Source of the DNA: an uncultured Erysipelotrichaceae bacterium
Lineage (GTDB): Bacteria > Bacillota_I > Bacilli_A > RF39 > UBA660
Direction of reading: 5' to 3'
Assembly: GCA_902797995.1 (NCBI GenBank)
Contig: CADBUX010000011.1
Span: forward strand, 1,013-65,012
Length of the DNA stretch: 64,000 nucleotides
Shown here: positions 50,693 to 59,671 of the stretch, in pieces
How positions within the stretch are numbered: the stretch's first letter is position 1
Layout: each line of letters opens with the position of its first letter
The notes under the pieces: generated by a model
Databases searched by the model: none
Told to the model about the DNA's origin: nothing
The model's input: the letters and a program-made list of their open reading frames with translations, nothing else
Made by a program: the position numbers and the translations under genes

Positions 50693-52774
50693 TTACACCT
50701 TCCTTATACTTTTATGATTTTTAAGTATTTTTTTAATTCCAATATTTTTATTAAATGCTACTGTAAGTATAGTATTAGTTACTTCAATAACAACTCCTAG
50801 ACCATATGTATCATGTTCAACTTTATCTCCATAATTATATTCTTGATCTGTGTCATGTACTCTTTTTTCTTTTTTAACAACTTTAATTTTATCTTTTTGT
50901 GGTTCTTCAATTAAATCAGGATTAATTTCTTTAACAAATCTACTAATAACTGAGGGGCTTTCTACTCCGTAAAGCATTCTTTTTTTAGCAGCAGTTATAT
51001 AAAGTTTTTTCATAGCACGAGTAATTGCTACATACATAAGGCGTCTTTCTTCTTCAAGTTCATCCGGTCCATAACTATTTTTATGAGGAAATATTCCTTC
51101 TTCAGCTCCTGCGATAAAAACATAGGGATATTCAAGACCTTTTACAGAATGCACTGTCATAAGGGTTACACGATTATCATCATCTTTATATTCTTCGATA
51201 TCTGATACTAAACTAACTTCAAGAAGGAATTCTTCTAGAGAAATAATACCAACACGTTCTTCAAAGTTTTTAGTAACGGATTTAAATTCTTCTAAATTTT
51301 CTAAACGAATATCTGCCTCTAAACTTTTTTCTGCTTTTAGAGCCTCTTTCATGCCACTTAAGTCAAGTACTTTATCAATAAACTCTGTAAGAGAACAAGA
51401 AGATAGTTCTTCTCTTAATTTAAGAATGATGTTTTTAAACTCAAGAGCCTTTCCATCTTTAATAGCTTCAAACATACTTGTATTATAAAAACTGGCACTT
51501 TGTTCAATCTCACTTATTGTTTTTGGCCCAATCCCTCTTTTAGGAGTATTAATACATCTAAGTAAACTAATATCGTCATCAGTATTATGAATAAGTCTTA
51601 AATATGCTAATAAGTCTTTTATTTCTTTTCTAGAATAGAAGTAAAAACTTCCAATTATTCTAAAAGGTAGGTTCTGTTTTAACATTTCCTGTTCAAATAC
51701 ACGTGATTGGGCATTTGTTCTATAAAGAACTGCAATATCTTTATAGCTTGCACCACTGCTTATAAGATCTTTTATCTTACGAATTATGTAAAATACTTCG
51801 TCAACTTCATCATATGATTTATAAAAAGTAATTTTATCTCCAGTTTCATTGTCACTCCAAAGATTTTTATCTTTACGAAAATTATTATTTTTTATAACAC
51901 TATTGGCGGCTTCTAAAATAGTTTTAGTAGATCTATAGTTTTGTTCAAGCATAATAACTTCTGCATCTGGATAATCTTTTTCAAAGTTTAAAATATTCTT
52001 ATAATTTGCACCTCTAAAAGCATAGATACTTTGATCATTGTCTCCAACGCAAGCTATATTTCTATATTTTGAAGCAAGCATTTTTATCAACAAATATTGT
52101 GCTTCATTAGTGTCTTGATACTCGTCTACTAAAATGTATTTATATTTTTCTTGATAAAAATCAAGAACTTCAGGATTCTCTTTAAATAGACGAATTGGTA
52201 AAATAAGTAAATCGTCAAAATCAACAGAATTATTTTTAAATAATATTTCTTGGTATTTTTTATATACTTTATAAACGATGTCATCTTCTTCACCATGTAC
52301 ATATTTTTTATACTCTTCAGGCATAATAAATTCGCTTTTATTACTAGATATTTTATTTCTTATCATATATGGACTAAATCTTTTAGGATCATATCCTAAA
52401 TCTTTTAGAATCTTTTTAACAAGTGTTAAAGAATCATCACTATCCATAATTACAAAATTATTTTTATAACCTAGTTTTTCATAGTTTTCACGTAAGATTC
52501 TTACACCAAATGAGTGAAAAGTAGATGCCCAAATACTGGTTTTACCAACAAGTTTTTCTATTCTTTCTTTCATTTCTTTAGCAGCTTTATTAGTAAAAGT
52601 AATAGCTAATATATTAGAAGATGATACTCCTTGTTCTATTAGATACGCTATTCTTGTTGTAAGCACTCTAGTTTTTCCAGAACCTGCACCTGCGAGTATT
52701 AGAAGTGGTCCATCTTTATGTTTTACGGCTTTTAATTGCATTTCATTTAAGTTTTCTAACATATACTTCACCAT
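50693..52774 (-). CDS. pcrA: ATP-dependent DNA helicase PcrA/UvrD family
   Basis: Superfamily-1 helicase motifs: AGAGSGKT, DEYQDTN and VHS.KGLE. Confidence 0.9.
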   Translation of the reverse strand: MVKYMLENLNEMQLKAVKHKDGPLLILAGAGSGKTRVLTTRIAYLIEQGVSSSNILAITFTNKAAKEMKERIEKLVGKTSIWASTFHSFGVRILRENYEKLGYKNNFVIMDSDDSLTLVKKILKDLGYDPKRFSPYMIRNKISSNKSEFIMPEEYKKYVHGEEDDIVYKVYKKYQEILFKNNSVDFDDLLILPIRLFKENPEVLDFYQEKYKYILVDEYQDTNEAQYLLIKMLASKYRNIACVGDNDQSIYAFRGANYKNILNFEKDYPDAEVIMLEQNYRSTKTILEAANSVIKNNNFRKDKNLWSDNETGDKITFYKSYDEVDEVFYIIRKIKDLISSGASYKDIAVLYRTNAQSRVFEQEMLKQNLPFRIIGSFYFYSRKEIKDLLAYLRLIHNTDDDISLLRCINTPKRGIGPKTISEIEQSASFYNTSMFEAIKDGKALEFKNIILKLREELSSCSLTEFIDKVLDLSGMKEALKAEKSLEADIRLENLEEFKSVTKNFEERVGIISLEEFLLEVSLVSDIEEYKDDDNRVTLMTVHSVKGLEYPYVFIAGAEEGIFPHKNSYGPDELEEERRLMYVAITRAMKKLYITAAKKRMLYGVESPSVISRFVKEINPDLIEEPQKDKIKVVKKEKRVHDTDQEYNYGDKVEHDTYGLGVVIEVTNTILTVAFNKNIGIKKILKNHKSIRKV

Positions 52775-52879
52775 ATTAATTATATCATGATTTGCATTAT
52801 TTTATAGAAAAGATTTTAAGCAATATAAAATATTTACTACTCTTATAAAAAGTAATATAATTAAACAAAGTAGGAAATT

Positions 52880-54023
52880 ATGAAAAAGAAAATATTAGGT
52901 ATTGTAATGGTACTTGCACTTTTTATTATTGCACCAGTAAGTGCTAAAGAAATTAATAGTTTTCATACTACTGCCGGTGACAATGTATCTTTTAAAGATG
53001 TTGTTAAAGGCGACAGTGCCATTGCAGGTAATTTAGTTGATATTATTGGTAATATCGATGGTATTGGTTTCAATTGCTGGTAATACAGTAAATGTAAATG
53101 GTACTTTGGAATATGGCTTTGTTGCAGGAAACAATGTAAGCATTAATGGAAATATTTTAAAAAATGTTTATGCTGCTGGTAACAGTGTTATTATTTCTAG
53201 TGATGCTAAAATTGAAAGAGATGTATTTATTGCTGCTAATGAAGTTGTTTTAAGTGGACAGTTAAATAGAGACGTTTCTCTTGGAGCTTCTAAAGTTACA
53301 ATTAAAAGTGATGCTAAAATAAATGGTAACGTAACTATTGAAACTAATAATTTGGTTGTTGAGAATGGAGCCTCTATTACTGGAACACTTAAATATAATA
53401 AGGATGCCAAAACTAATTTAAGTGGTACTGCAAGTATAGGTAAGGTTGTTATGTATGATGGTCATGAAAAGGATGATAGTAGTAGTCCTGTCTTTGATAC
53501 TGTAATTAGTATTCTAAACATGCTTGTTGTATTTGCAGTTATATCCGCTTTACTTCCAAAGGTTTGTGATAAAACTACTTTAATTTATTCAGATTCTAAA
53601 AAATATTTAAAGAATTTTGGCATTGGTTTACTTATACTATTCTGCACTCCAATAATAGGATTATTACTGCTTATAAGTAATGTTGGAACAAATTTAGGAT
53701 TAATACTTCTTGTTTTATATGTTATTTGTATTTACTTATCTTTTATTGCTTCAGGATTTGTACTTGGTGATTTAATTATTACTAAACTATTCAAATTTGA
53801 CATTAATAGTTTATTCGTTGGATGTATAGGAATTGTGCTTTTGAAGTTGTTAATGCTAATACCAGGTATTGGAGGATTAGTATCAATAATTGCACTTGCT
53901 ATTGGACTTGCCACTATAGGTAGTTTAGTTATTGTTAATGACAAAGAAGAAAATAAAACTAAAGAAAAGATAGTTGAAGCAAAAATCGAAACTAAAAAAC
54001 AGAATAAAAAGACTCAAGAATAA
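52880..54023 (+). pseudogene. beta-helix (bactofilin/adhesin-like repeat) membrane protein split by a frameshift
   Basis: ORF 52880-53083 (signal peptide plus first repeats) and ORF 53037-54023 (continuation of the same IAGN.V.V.G repeats plus C-terminal TM helices) overlap out of frame. Removing one T from ggTTTc at about 53066 restores a continuous reading frame. Confidence 0.5.
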
Positions 54024-54035
54024 TCTTGAGTCTTT

Positions 54036-55280
54036 TTATTTTAATATTTCTGTTATGGCTTTCATAACTCCGATTTTACCATATTCGTATGTTAGTCCAC
54101 CTTGCTGAAAGGCTGTATATGGTTCTCTTAGAGGTCCATCACAGGATAATTCTATAGTGGACCCTTGAACAAAAGTACCTGCTGCCATAATTATTTTATC
54201 ACCATAACCTGGCATATCGTCTGGAACTGGTCTTACATAACTATCTATTGCTGAGGCCATTTGAATACCACAACAATATTTAATCATTTTATCAGGGTCA
54301 TTAAATGTTATAGACTGCACTATATCTGCCCTTTGATCGTTATATTTTGGTTCTGTATTAAAACCTAATTTTTCTAACATACAACTTGCAAAGATTGCGG
54401 TTTTTATACTAGAGTTTACTACAGATGGTGCCATGTAAATTCCTTCGAGTATCTTTTTATTCATATCTAGAGTTGGGCCAACATTTTTACCTTCACCAGG
54501 AACTCCAAGCCTTTCACTTGCTAGATAAACAAGTTCTTTTTTTCCTGCGATGTATCCTCCATTTGGAACGCGTCCTGCCCCTAAATTTTTGATTAAAGAG
54601 CCTACGATAATATCCGCTCCTACTTCTAAAGGAGAATGTTCTTCTACAAATTCGCAATAGCAATTATCAACCATAATGATTACATCTTTATCAACTTTTC
54701 TTATTTCTTTTACTACTTCTTCTATTTGCTTTATAGTAATGCTTTTTCTAGAAGAATATCCTTTTGAACGTTGAATTTCAATTAGTTTTATTTTTTTATT
54801 TTGTAAAGTTTCTTTTATTTTTTCTATATCAAATTCATTACTTTTTAAATCTATTTGTTCATAATTGATACCAAATGCTTTTAAACTACTATCATTTTCT
54901 TTTATTCCTATTACTTCATGTAATGTATCATATGGAAGTCCTGTTATACTAAGCATTGTATCATTTGGTCTTAATAGTGCAAATAATGCAACAGTAAGAG
55001 CATGTGATCCAGAGATAAACTGAGTTCTAACAAGTGAATCTTCAGCTTTTAGTATACTACTATAAATACTTTCTATTTTGTCTCTTCCTACATCATTGTA
55101 TCCATAACCGTCTGTTCCATTAAAATCATTTGTGGATACATTATTCTCTATAAAGGCGTTTAATACTTTTTCTGTGTTTTTTAAACATAATTCATCACAG
55201 CTTTTTATTTCTTCTTTTATTTCTTCTTCTACTTCATGTGATAGTTTTATTACGTCATCACTTATTTCTAAACTATTCAT
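54036..55280 (-). CDS. PLP-dependent Cys/Met-metabolism enzyme, YnbB ('aluminium resistance') family
   Basis: About 414 aa with the pattern of the methionine gamma-lyase-like YnbB family. Confidence 0.55.
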   Translation of the reverse strand: MNSLEISDDVIKLSHEVEEEIKEEIKSCDELCLKNTEKVLNAFIENNVSTNDFNGTDGYGYNDVGRDKIESIYSSILKAEDSLVRTQFISGSHALTVALFALLRPNDTMLSITGLPYDTLHEVIGIKENDSSLKAFGINYEQIDLKSNEFDIEKIKETLQNKKIKLIEIQRSKGYSSRKSITIKQIEEVVKEIRKVDKDVIIMVDNCYCEFVEEHSPLEVGADIIVGSLIKNLGAGRVPNGGYIAGKKELVYLASERLGVPGEGKNVGPTLDMNKKILEGIYMAPSVVNSSIKTAIFASCMLEKLGFNTEPKYNDQRADIVQSITFNDPDKMIKYCCGIQMASAIDSYVRPVPDDMPGYGDKIIMAAGTFVQGSTIELSCDGPLREPYTAFQQGGLTYEYGKIGVMKAITEILK

Positions 55281-56016
55281 TGTTTGTACCTCCGTTTACT
55301 GTTATTATAGAGTCATTTATATAACTTGCCTTATCGCTTGCAAGGAATAGTACTACGTTTGATATTTCTTTTTTAGTGGCAAATCTTTTTAAAAGTATTT
55401 TGTTTTCTATTTCTTTTGTTTGATCTTCTGTTAGATCTTTATTCATATCTGTATCAATCCAACCAGGACATACGCAGTTTATATTAATATCTGGTGCATA
55501 ATATTTAGCCATATTATGTGTTAAGGAAATGATCCCAGCTTTTGAGGCATCATAATCAGCGCTTTCTGGATAGCCATTGTTTAGTCCATTATCACTAGCA
55601 ATATTTATTATTTTACTTCCTTTTGGCATATAATTTGCTACATGTTTAGTTACTAAGTAAGTTCCTACTACATTTGTTTCTAGTACTTTTAAAAAATCCT
55701 CTTTTGATTTATTCTCAAAAAGTGTATCATTGCATATTCCAGCATTATTTACTAATATATCTATTTTATTATATTTTTCTATTACACTACTTACCATATT
55801 AATAATTTCTTGTTCATTTGTTATGTCACATTTTATTGTTAAGACTTCTTTATTATATTGTTGTTCTAGTTCTTTTTTTAACTTAAAAGCTTCTTCTTCA
55901 CTATTGTTATAATTTATTATTACCTTTGCTCCTTCTTTAGCAAAATCCTTTACTATTTGGGCTCCTAAAGATCTTGATGATCCTGTTACTAAAACTATCT
56001 TTTTATCAAAATTCAT
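55273..56016 (-). CDS. short-chain dehydrogenase/reductase (FabG-like)
   Basis: TGSSRSLG Rossmann motif, NNAG, and YDASKAG catalytic tetrad region. Start at internal Met (MNFDKKIVLV), which has a purine-rich RBS. Confidence 0.8.
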   Translation of the reverse strand: MNFDKKIVLVTGSSRSLGAQIVKDFAKEGAKVIINYNNSEEEAFKLKKELEQQYNKEVLTIKCDITNEQEIINMVSSVIEKYNKIDILVNNAGICNDTLFENKSKEDFLKVLETNVVGTYLVTKHVANYMPKGSKIINIASDNGLNNGYPESADYDASKAGIISLTHNMAKYYAPDININCVCPGWIDTDMNKDLTEDQTKEIENKILLKRFATKKEISNVVLFLASDKASYINDSIITVNGGTNNE

Positions 56017-56115
56017 AATATCATCCCTTTTTTCAGAATAGATTATATAGTAAAAGTAACAAAAATACAAGTTTACACTTAAATGTCAAGTAATTAAAAA
56101 ATGTTGTTTTTCTTG

Positions 56116-56144
56116 TTGATAATGGTTAATTCTTTTGTTACAAT
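56116..56144 (+). promoter_or_regulatory. sigma-A-type promoter for the mscS-like gene
   Basis: TTGATA, 17 nt, TACAAT, about 24 nt upstream of the start codon. Confidence 0.5.
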
Positions 56145-56168
56145 TTATTTTTCATGAGGAGGAATATT

Positions 56169-57077
56169 ATGCAATATTTTCAAAAGTTTAGTGAGGAATT
56201 GTCCAAGATTTCTGGAATTAGTAGTACACCAATATCACTTTTTGTTTATAGTATAATCGGAATAGTAATAATTGATTTGCTAGCGCGTGGTCTTATATTT
56301 TTAAATAAAGCGTTTAATAAAAATAGCAAAAGATTATATGGTTTTAACAAACAAGTAAAAGTGATGAGAATAGTTTTAACTTTTTTAGTTTTATTTTTAA
56401 TTTGGGAAAAACAAATACAAAGTATTTTAACTTTTATAAGTTTTGTAGGTGCCGCTGCAACACTTGCTCTTCGTGATATAATATCCAACTTTTTTGCTGG
56501 CATTTATATTCAAATGAATAAACCATTTAGACTAGAAGATAGAATTGAAGTAAACGGAAAAATTGGTGATGTCATTAATTTCAATTCTCTTAATTTTGAA
56601 ATACTTGAAGTTAGTCACAAAGATCAAGGCGAACAAAGTACAGGGATCATTATTCAAATTCCTAATTCTAAGGTATTTACTGAATCTATTAAAAACTATA
56701 CTAAGGCATTTAAATATATCTGGAGTGAACTTTCAGTTAAAATTAGACTTGATGCTGATTTAAGAAAAAATAAAAAAGTTCTTTATGATATTGTAAACGA
56801 TAATGATATAGTTAAAAGAATACCTAAAAAGATGCAAAATGCCCTTAATAGTGCTATTGGAGATTATAGAATATATTATAATAATTTAGATCCTATTATT
56901 TATACAAAGCTTACAGAAGAATATGTGCTTCTTACTATTAGATATTTAGCTCATCCTAAAAAAGCAAGACATATAGAAAGTCAAATTTGGAATAAGATTT
57001 ATGAAAATGCGAAAGAAAATAAACTGGATTTATATACTTTAAGTAGTTATTCAAATGAAAAAGATAGTTCTAAGTAA
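56169..57077 (+). CDS. small-conductance mechanosensitive channel (MscS family)
   Basis: TM helices followed by the MscS beta-domain (EDRIEVNGKIGDVINFNSLNFEILEV). The first in-frame ATG at 56154 is part of the GAGGAGG RBS, so the start is placed at 56169. Confidence 0.8.
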   Translation: MQYFQKFSEELSKISGISSTPISLFVYSIIGIVIIDLLARGLIFLNKAFNKNSKRLYGFNKQVKVMRIVLTFLVLFLIWEKQIQSILTFISFVGAAATLALRDIISNFFAGIYIQMNKPFRLEDRIEVNGKIGDVINFNSLNFEILEVSHKDQGEQSTGIIIQIPNSKVFTESIKNYTKAFKYIWSELSVKIRLDADLRKNKKVLYDIVNDNDIVKRIPKKMQNALNSAIGDYRIYYNNLDPIIYTKLTEEYVLLTIRYLAHPKKARHIESQIWNKIYENAKENKLDLYTLSSYSNEKDSSK

Positions 57078-57084
57078 CTATCTT

Positions 57085-57639
57085 TTATAATTTGTTTCTA
57101 AATACTAGCGTTAGTACGAGGTCAATAACTAGTATTGAAACTATTAGTACTGATGCATACATGTATTTATTTTTATTAACTCTTGTACTTAAATCACTTA
57201 CAAATGGTTCAATTATATAGATTAAAAGTAAACCACCTATTCCAAACGTTAAAACCGATCTTAAACAAACATAACCATTTATATTTAAAAATAAGCCTGT
57301 ATAATCCCACCATGATCTATGATAGATTGTAAACATTAAATATCCTGTTAGGTACTCTACTATACCTGTTATTAACATTGCTAGTAAAAATACTACAAGC
57401 GGATCTTTTTTGAATCTTTTTAATAAATAAGTCATTATAATGGCACCAAAACCATATACAGGTAAGTATGGTCCATATAGAAATCCTCTTTTTATTAATT
57501 CCTTATCAATTATTAAACAAAACAGTTCTTCATATATGAACCCTGCAATTGCACCAATTAAAAATATTATTATATAAGTACACAATACTATCTTTTTATC
57601 TATTTTTTTCTTTTTATTTTCCTTTAAATCTTTTCCCAT
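57085..57639 (-). CDS. polytopic membrane protein (PF06541-like 'putative ABC-transporter type IV')
   Basis: Four to five hydrophobic helices; the family assignment is tentative. Confidence 0.4.
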   Translation of the reverse strand: MGKDLKENKKKKIDKKIVLCTYIIIFLIGAIAGFIYEELFCLIIDKELIKRGFLYGPYLPVYGFGAIIMTYLLKRFKKDPLVVFLLAMLITGIVEYLTGYLMFTIYHRSWWDYTGLFLNINGYVCLRSVLTFGIGGLLLIYIIEPFVSDLSTRVNKNKYMYASVLIVSILVIDLVLTLVFRNKL

Positions 57640-57685
57640 CCTTCTACTCCTTTATTATATTGTAGCATATTACTTAGTTTTAACA

Positions 57686-57709
57686 AAGAAAAAGAGAGCC
57701 GGAGCTCTC
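57686..57709 (-). terminator. rho-independent terminator downstream of the YhcG-fragment gene
   Basis: GC-rich hairpin gagagccggagctctc, followed on the minus strand by a T-rich run. Confidence 0.5.
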
Positions 57710-57883
57710 ATCTATGTAAACGCTAGATCCTTAAGCGACTAACGTCTAATATATATTATGGTACTATGTTAAATATGTGACTTTAATTTGATATTATTTA
57801 TAAATTCATATGAACTAATTTTAATATATGCAATTTGTTAATATCATATTCATTATAGTATTGGTTCAGAGTAAATATAAGAT

Positions 57884-58372
57884 TTAAACTAATTCATATT
57901 CTCTAGCAATAATCCTATCATCACTACAATATTTTATTACATACTCATTATCTTGTTTACAAATAATAATTCCTACTGTATCATTTTCTTGGATAGTTTT
58001 TATATTTTTGTCTATATAATTCATATATGTCATAATTTGTCCTGTATGTTCTTTCTTAAGTTCAGTAACTTTCAATTCCACTACTACGTAACATTTATGT
58101 TTAATATTATAAAGTAATAAGTCAATGTAGTTATATCTTTCCTCAATTTTGATTTTATATTCGTTACCAACATAAGTAAAGCCAATACCTAACTGTCTTA
58201 AAAAGTCATCAATATTATTTAGTATGGCTTGTTTTAATGCATATTCAGTTAGCTCGTCTTTTAATAAATATGATTTAATTATTATAGGATTTGGTACTAA
58301 ATCGTTTACCATTAAATCTTTTGATTCTTTCATATGATCAAAATCTCCATGTGGTGACTTGCGTTTATGCAT
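57884..58372 (-). CDS. PD-(D/E)XK nuclease, YhcG/DUF1016 C-terminal domain only (likely truncated)
   Basis: DLLLYNIKHKCYVVVELKVTELKKEHTGQIMTYMNY matches the D...E.K core of the YhcG-family nuclease domain. The protein is only 162 aa, with no DUF1016 N-terminal domain. Confidence 0.55.
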   Translation of the reverse strand: MHKRKSPHGDFDHMKESKDLMVNDLVPNPIIIKSYLLKDELTEYALKQAILNNIDDFLRQLGIGFTYVGNEYKIKIEERYNYIDLLLYNIKHKCYVVVELKVTELKKEHTGQIMTYMNYIDKNIKTIQENDTVGIIICKQDNEYVIKYCSDDRIIAREYELV

Positions 58373-58426
58373 ACGGATACAATCTCTTTATTTACAAAGA
58401 AAAAGAACTATCATTGTGATAATTCT

Positions 58427-58768
58427 TTATCGTTCAATTATACTAATTAATTTGTTTTTTAATTCAGAATAAAGATTAGCCATTTCATTAGATGGAGTAT
58501 TACCAATTACTCTTAAAACTTCGCCATCTTCATATTGAATGGTTAACATTTGTTGACGACCACCCTTGTAATTACTAATATTCTCACTATTCAATTTAAC
58601 AATTTCATTCCTGTATTGCATAAGCACACTTTTAATTTCATCAAATTTATCTCTATCTGTTATTTTTTGCTCATTATATAGTATATAATCATCTACTGAC
58701 TGAATACAAAAAGCATTTCTTTCATCAACATTCGGAACAACATTGTATTCCATTAGTTTAAATTTCAC
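58427..58768 (-). CDS. hypothetical protein (113 aa)
   Basis: ORF with no recognizable domain. Confidence 0.35.
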   Translation of the reverse strand: MKFKLMEYNVVPNVDERNAFCIQSVDDYILYNEQKITDRDKFDEIKSVLMQYRNEIVKLNSENISNYKGGRQQMLTIQYEDGEVLRVIGNTPSNEMANLYSELKNKLISIIER

Positions 58769-58824
58769 TTAAATAATCCTCCTTCTAATATATTATATCA
58801 TAATTTTTCTTTTCTAAAAAATAT

Positions 58825-59671
58825 CTAATCTCTATTTTTTAGAATTTTATTTTCTTTTTCTAATTCTTTTAAACTCTTTTTAGGTGTAGGTAGGTCTTCT
58901 GGCATAGTACCTCCTAATCTTTTAATACTATTTCTTACTTCCTTACCTACTTCGAAGTGGACAGAATTTGCTGTATATTCGTTATCTACATTATCTCTTT
59001 TTAATTTAGCATTTGTTTGAGCAATTCTAAATATATTATCAGCTAGTTCTTCACTGCCCATATTATCTAAGATATCTTCTCTATATCTAAGTTTTTTTCT
59101 TTTAAAAATATCATCAGCTGTTGCTCCATTATAAAGTCCTTTATATCCTGCATTATGAAATCTAGCTAAGTCTTTTACACCACTACTTACTGCAGTTTTG
59201 TTTAAATTATAATTTCCTTTTCTAGCTTGATTTCTTCTATATAACCTTTTTTCATCTTCAGTAAGTTCATTATACTCTTTTTCAGAAAGTTCTTGCTTTC
59301 TAGTCTGAATCGCAAAGTAAGTTTGAGCTAATGCTATTGCGTTTTTTCTTGATTAAATAACAAGCATATCTTGAAAGTTTATACTCAATTATTTCTTTTG
59401 ACGCATTATTAGGCATTTCTAACGTTTTCCTGATGTCAGGAAAATGTTCTTTATAATTAATAGCACTGTTTTGACAAGCGTCAATTGCCTTTTTTATTAC
59501 TTTATTGAAATTTTCCCATTTGCTATATTTCAGTACTATCATTAATTCTCTAGCCAACCAATACTCATTACCATTTTCATCTATATGTTTTATATCTTCA
59601 AATACTTTTTCTGTATTTTCTTTTATTTCATTCATCTTATCATCTTCCTCTCTACGGACTACAAGTCTCAA
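58825..59671 (-). pseudogene. dinD: DNA-damage-inducible protein D (DinD)-like gene disrupted by a single-base frameshift in an A6/T6 homopolymer
   Basis: ORFs 59300-59671 and 58825-59061 plus the intervening sequence translate as one continuous DinD-like protein (...YKLSRYACYLI...AIALAQTYFAIQTRKQELSE...GGTMPEDLPTPKKS...) if one base is added or removed in the T6 run at 59342-59347. Confidence 0.6.

Noticed and set aside
56154-56168. First ATG of the MscS-family ORF (MRRNIMQYF...)
   Set aside because: The ATGAGGAGG at 56154 is itself the Shine-Dalgarno sequence for the ATG at 56169, which sits 24 nt after a good -10 element. The shorter start is the plausible one.
59342-59347. Treating the dinD and beta-helix frameshifts as programmed frameshifting
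   Set aside because: Each is a single-base indel with no slippery heptamer or stimulatory structure evident. The simpler explanations are mutation, homopolymer phase variation, or sequencing error.
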